From assembly GCA_030390025.1 (NCBI GenBank), contig CM059432.1, forward strand, positions 26,848,001 through 26,912,000: DNA of 64,000 nt, given 5' to 3'. Below the pieces are notes generated by a model that was not told the DNA's origin, searched no databases, and was given only the letters and a program-made list of their open reading frames with translations. Positions within the stretch are counted from its first letter, which is position 1, and every line of letters begins with the position of its first letter. This document shows, one piece after another, positions 62,332-64,000 of the stretch. This DNA comes from Squalus acanthias. Taxonomy: Eukaryota. Both the position numbers and the translations under genes were made by a program.

Positions 62332-63294
62332 CTGCTAATGTAACAGTAAAGGAGGAAGTAGTAGCAATATTGGATAGGATGAAAATAGATAAAGAGGATG
62401 TACTTAAAAGGTTAGCAGTCCTCAAAGTAGAAAAGTCACCCGGTCCGGATGGGATGCATCCTAGGTTGTTGAGGGAAGTAAGGGTGAAAATTGTGGAGGC
62501 TCTGGCCACAGTCTTCTAATCCTCCTTCGATATGGGGGTGGTGCCAGAGGACTGGAGGATTGCAAATGTTACAACCCTGTTTAAAAAGGGGGGAGGGGGA
62601 TAAACCCAGCAATTACAGGCCAGTCAACCTAACGTCAGTAGTGGGGAAACTTTGAGACAATAATCAGGACAAAATTAGTTGGCATTTGGAAAAGAATGGG
62701 CTTATAAATGAAAGTGAGCACAGATTTATTAAAGACAAATCATATTTGACTAACTTAATCGAGGTCTTTGATGAAGTAACTGAGAGGGTTGATGAGGGTA
62801 GTGCACTTGACTTTCAAAAGGTGTTTGACAAAGTACCACATAATAGACTTGTTACCAAAATTAAAGCCCATGTGATTAAAGGGTCAGTGGTAACAAGGAT
62901 GCAAAATTGGCCAAGGGACAGAAAGCAGAGAGTAGCACTGAATGGTTATTTTTCAGACTGGAAGGAAGTATACAGTGGTGTTCCCTAGGGGTTGGTATTA
63001 GGACCAGTGCTCTTTTTGATGTATATTAATGACATGGACTTGGGTATACACGGCATAATTTCAAAGTTTGCAGATTATTCAAAACTCGGCAATGTATTAA
63101 ACAATAAGGAGGATAGTAACAGACTTCAGGAGGACATAGACAGACTGGTAAAATGGGCAGACACATGTCAGATGACATTTAATGCAAAAAAAAGTGTGAA
63201 GTGATCCATTTTGGTAGGAAGCATAAGGAGAGGCAATATGAACTAAATGGTACAATGTTAAAAGGGGTGCAGGGACAGAGCGACCTGGGGGGGT

Positions 63295-63428
63295 CAATGT
63301 TCTCCCAGTTTTTTTTGAGCCACACGGCCCATTCAAACTTCCACGCATGCGCGGTTTTTTGCATTAGGAAGCTGGCTCATCGGCTGCGTGGGACCTGGAG
63401 ACAGCCGCGCGGCTTAAGGGGAACGTTG
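63295..63428. mobile_element. hAT-type MITE (134 bp), same family, opposite orientation
   Basis: TIR CAATGTTC...GAACGTTG; TSD ctggggg(gg)t / ctgggggt; interior is the reverse complement of 62168-62331. Confidence 0.8.
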
Positions 63429-64000
63429 CTGGGGGTGTGTATATACGCAAATCTTTGAAGGTGGCAGGACAAGTTGAGAGGGCTGTTAAGATCCTTGGCT
63501 TTATTAATAAAGAAATAGAATACAAAAGCAAGGAAGTTGTGTTAACCCTTTATAGAACACTGTTAGGCCTCAGGTGGAGTAATGTGTTCAATTCTGGGCA
63601 CCACACTTTAGGAATGATGTCAAGACCTTGGAGAGGGTGCAGAAGAGATTTACTAGAATGATTCCAGGGATGAGGGACTTCAGTTATGGAGAGAGACTGG
63701 AGAAACTGGGGTTGTTCTCCTTAGAGCAGAGAAGGTTAAGGGGAGATTTGATAGAGGTGTTCAAAATCATGAATGGTTTTAATAGAGTAAATAAGGAGAA
63801 ACTGTTTCCAGTGGCAGAATGGTCAGTAACCAGAGGACACAATTTAAGGTGATTGGCAAAAGAACCAGAGGCTACATGAGGAAGCTTTTTTACACAGCAA
63901 GTTGTTGTGATCTGGATTTCACTGCCTGAAAGGGTGGTGGAAGCAGATTTAATAGTAACTTTCAAAAAGAATTGATAATTACTTGAAGGGAAAAAATTAC

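Larger units (their letters stand above)
61110..64000 (+). mobile_element. CR1 ORF2 (APE-RT), decayed, running off the window
   Basis: GVYYRPPNS, VMMGDFN, KSPGPDGMHP, DFQKVFDKVPH and SKFADY motifs; many stops and frameshifts. Confidence 0.9.

Overview
Repeat-dense vertebrate genomic DNA, most likely from a cartilaginous fish (shark-type CR1 LINEs, SacSINE1/Deu-domain SINEs and Penelope termini; taxon inferred from repeat families only). No intact host CDS is recognisable, and nearly all listed ORFs are decayed transposon frames or their antisense shadows. The main host feature is a CpG-island promoter at ~28.2-28.95 kb with multiple CCAAT boxes, a CRE, a CDE/CHR tandem and an E2F-like site. 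It is followed by a probable non-coding first exon, a long first intron and a candidate 48-nt exon ending in ATG-GAG at 46933-46980. Mobile DNA includes two abundant CR1/L2-group LINE families (one near-full-length copy has a tRNA-like Pol III head and no ORF1), an Ingi/Vingi-like LINE, L2 and RTE relics, PIF/Harbinger transposase and Myb/SANT gene relics with several 3-bp-TSD MITEs, hAT relics and MITEs, and an ERV-like solo LTR. The most striking signal is six Penelope-derived termini carrying minimal hammerhead-ribozyme motifs, occurring as a solo copy, two TSD-flanked foldback palindromes, a retrozyme-like partial tandem, a truncated copy and a GIY-YIG-linked copy. All coordinates were read by eye and no database search was run.
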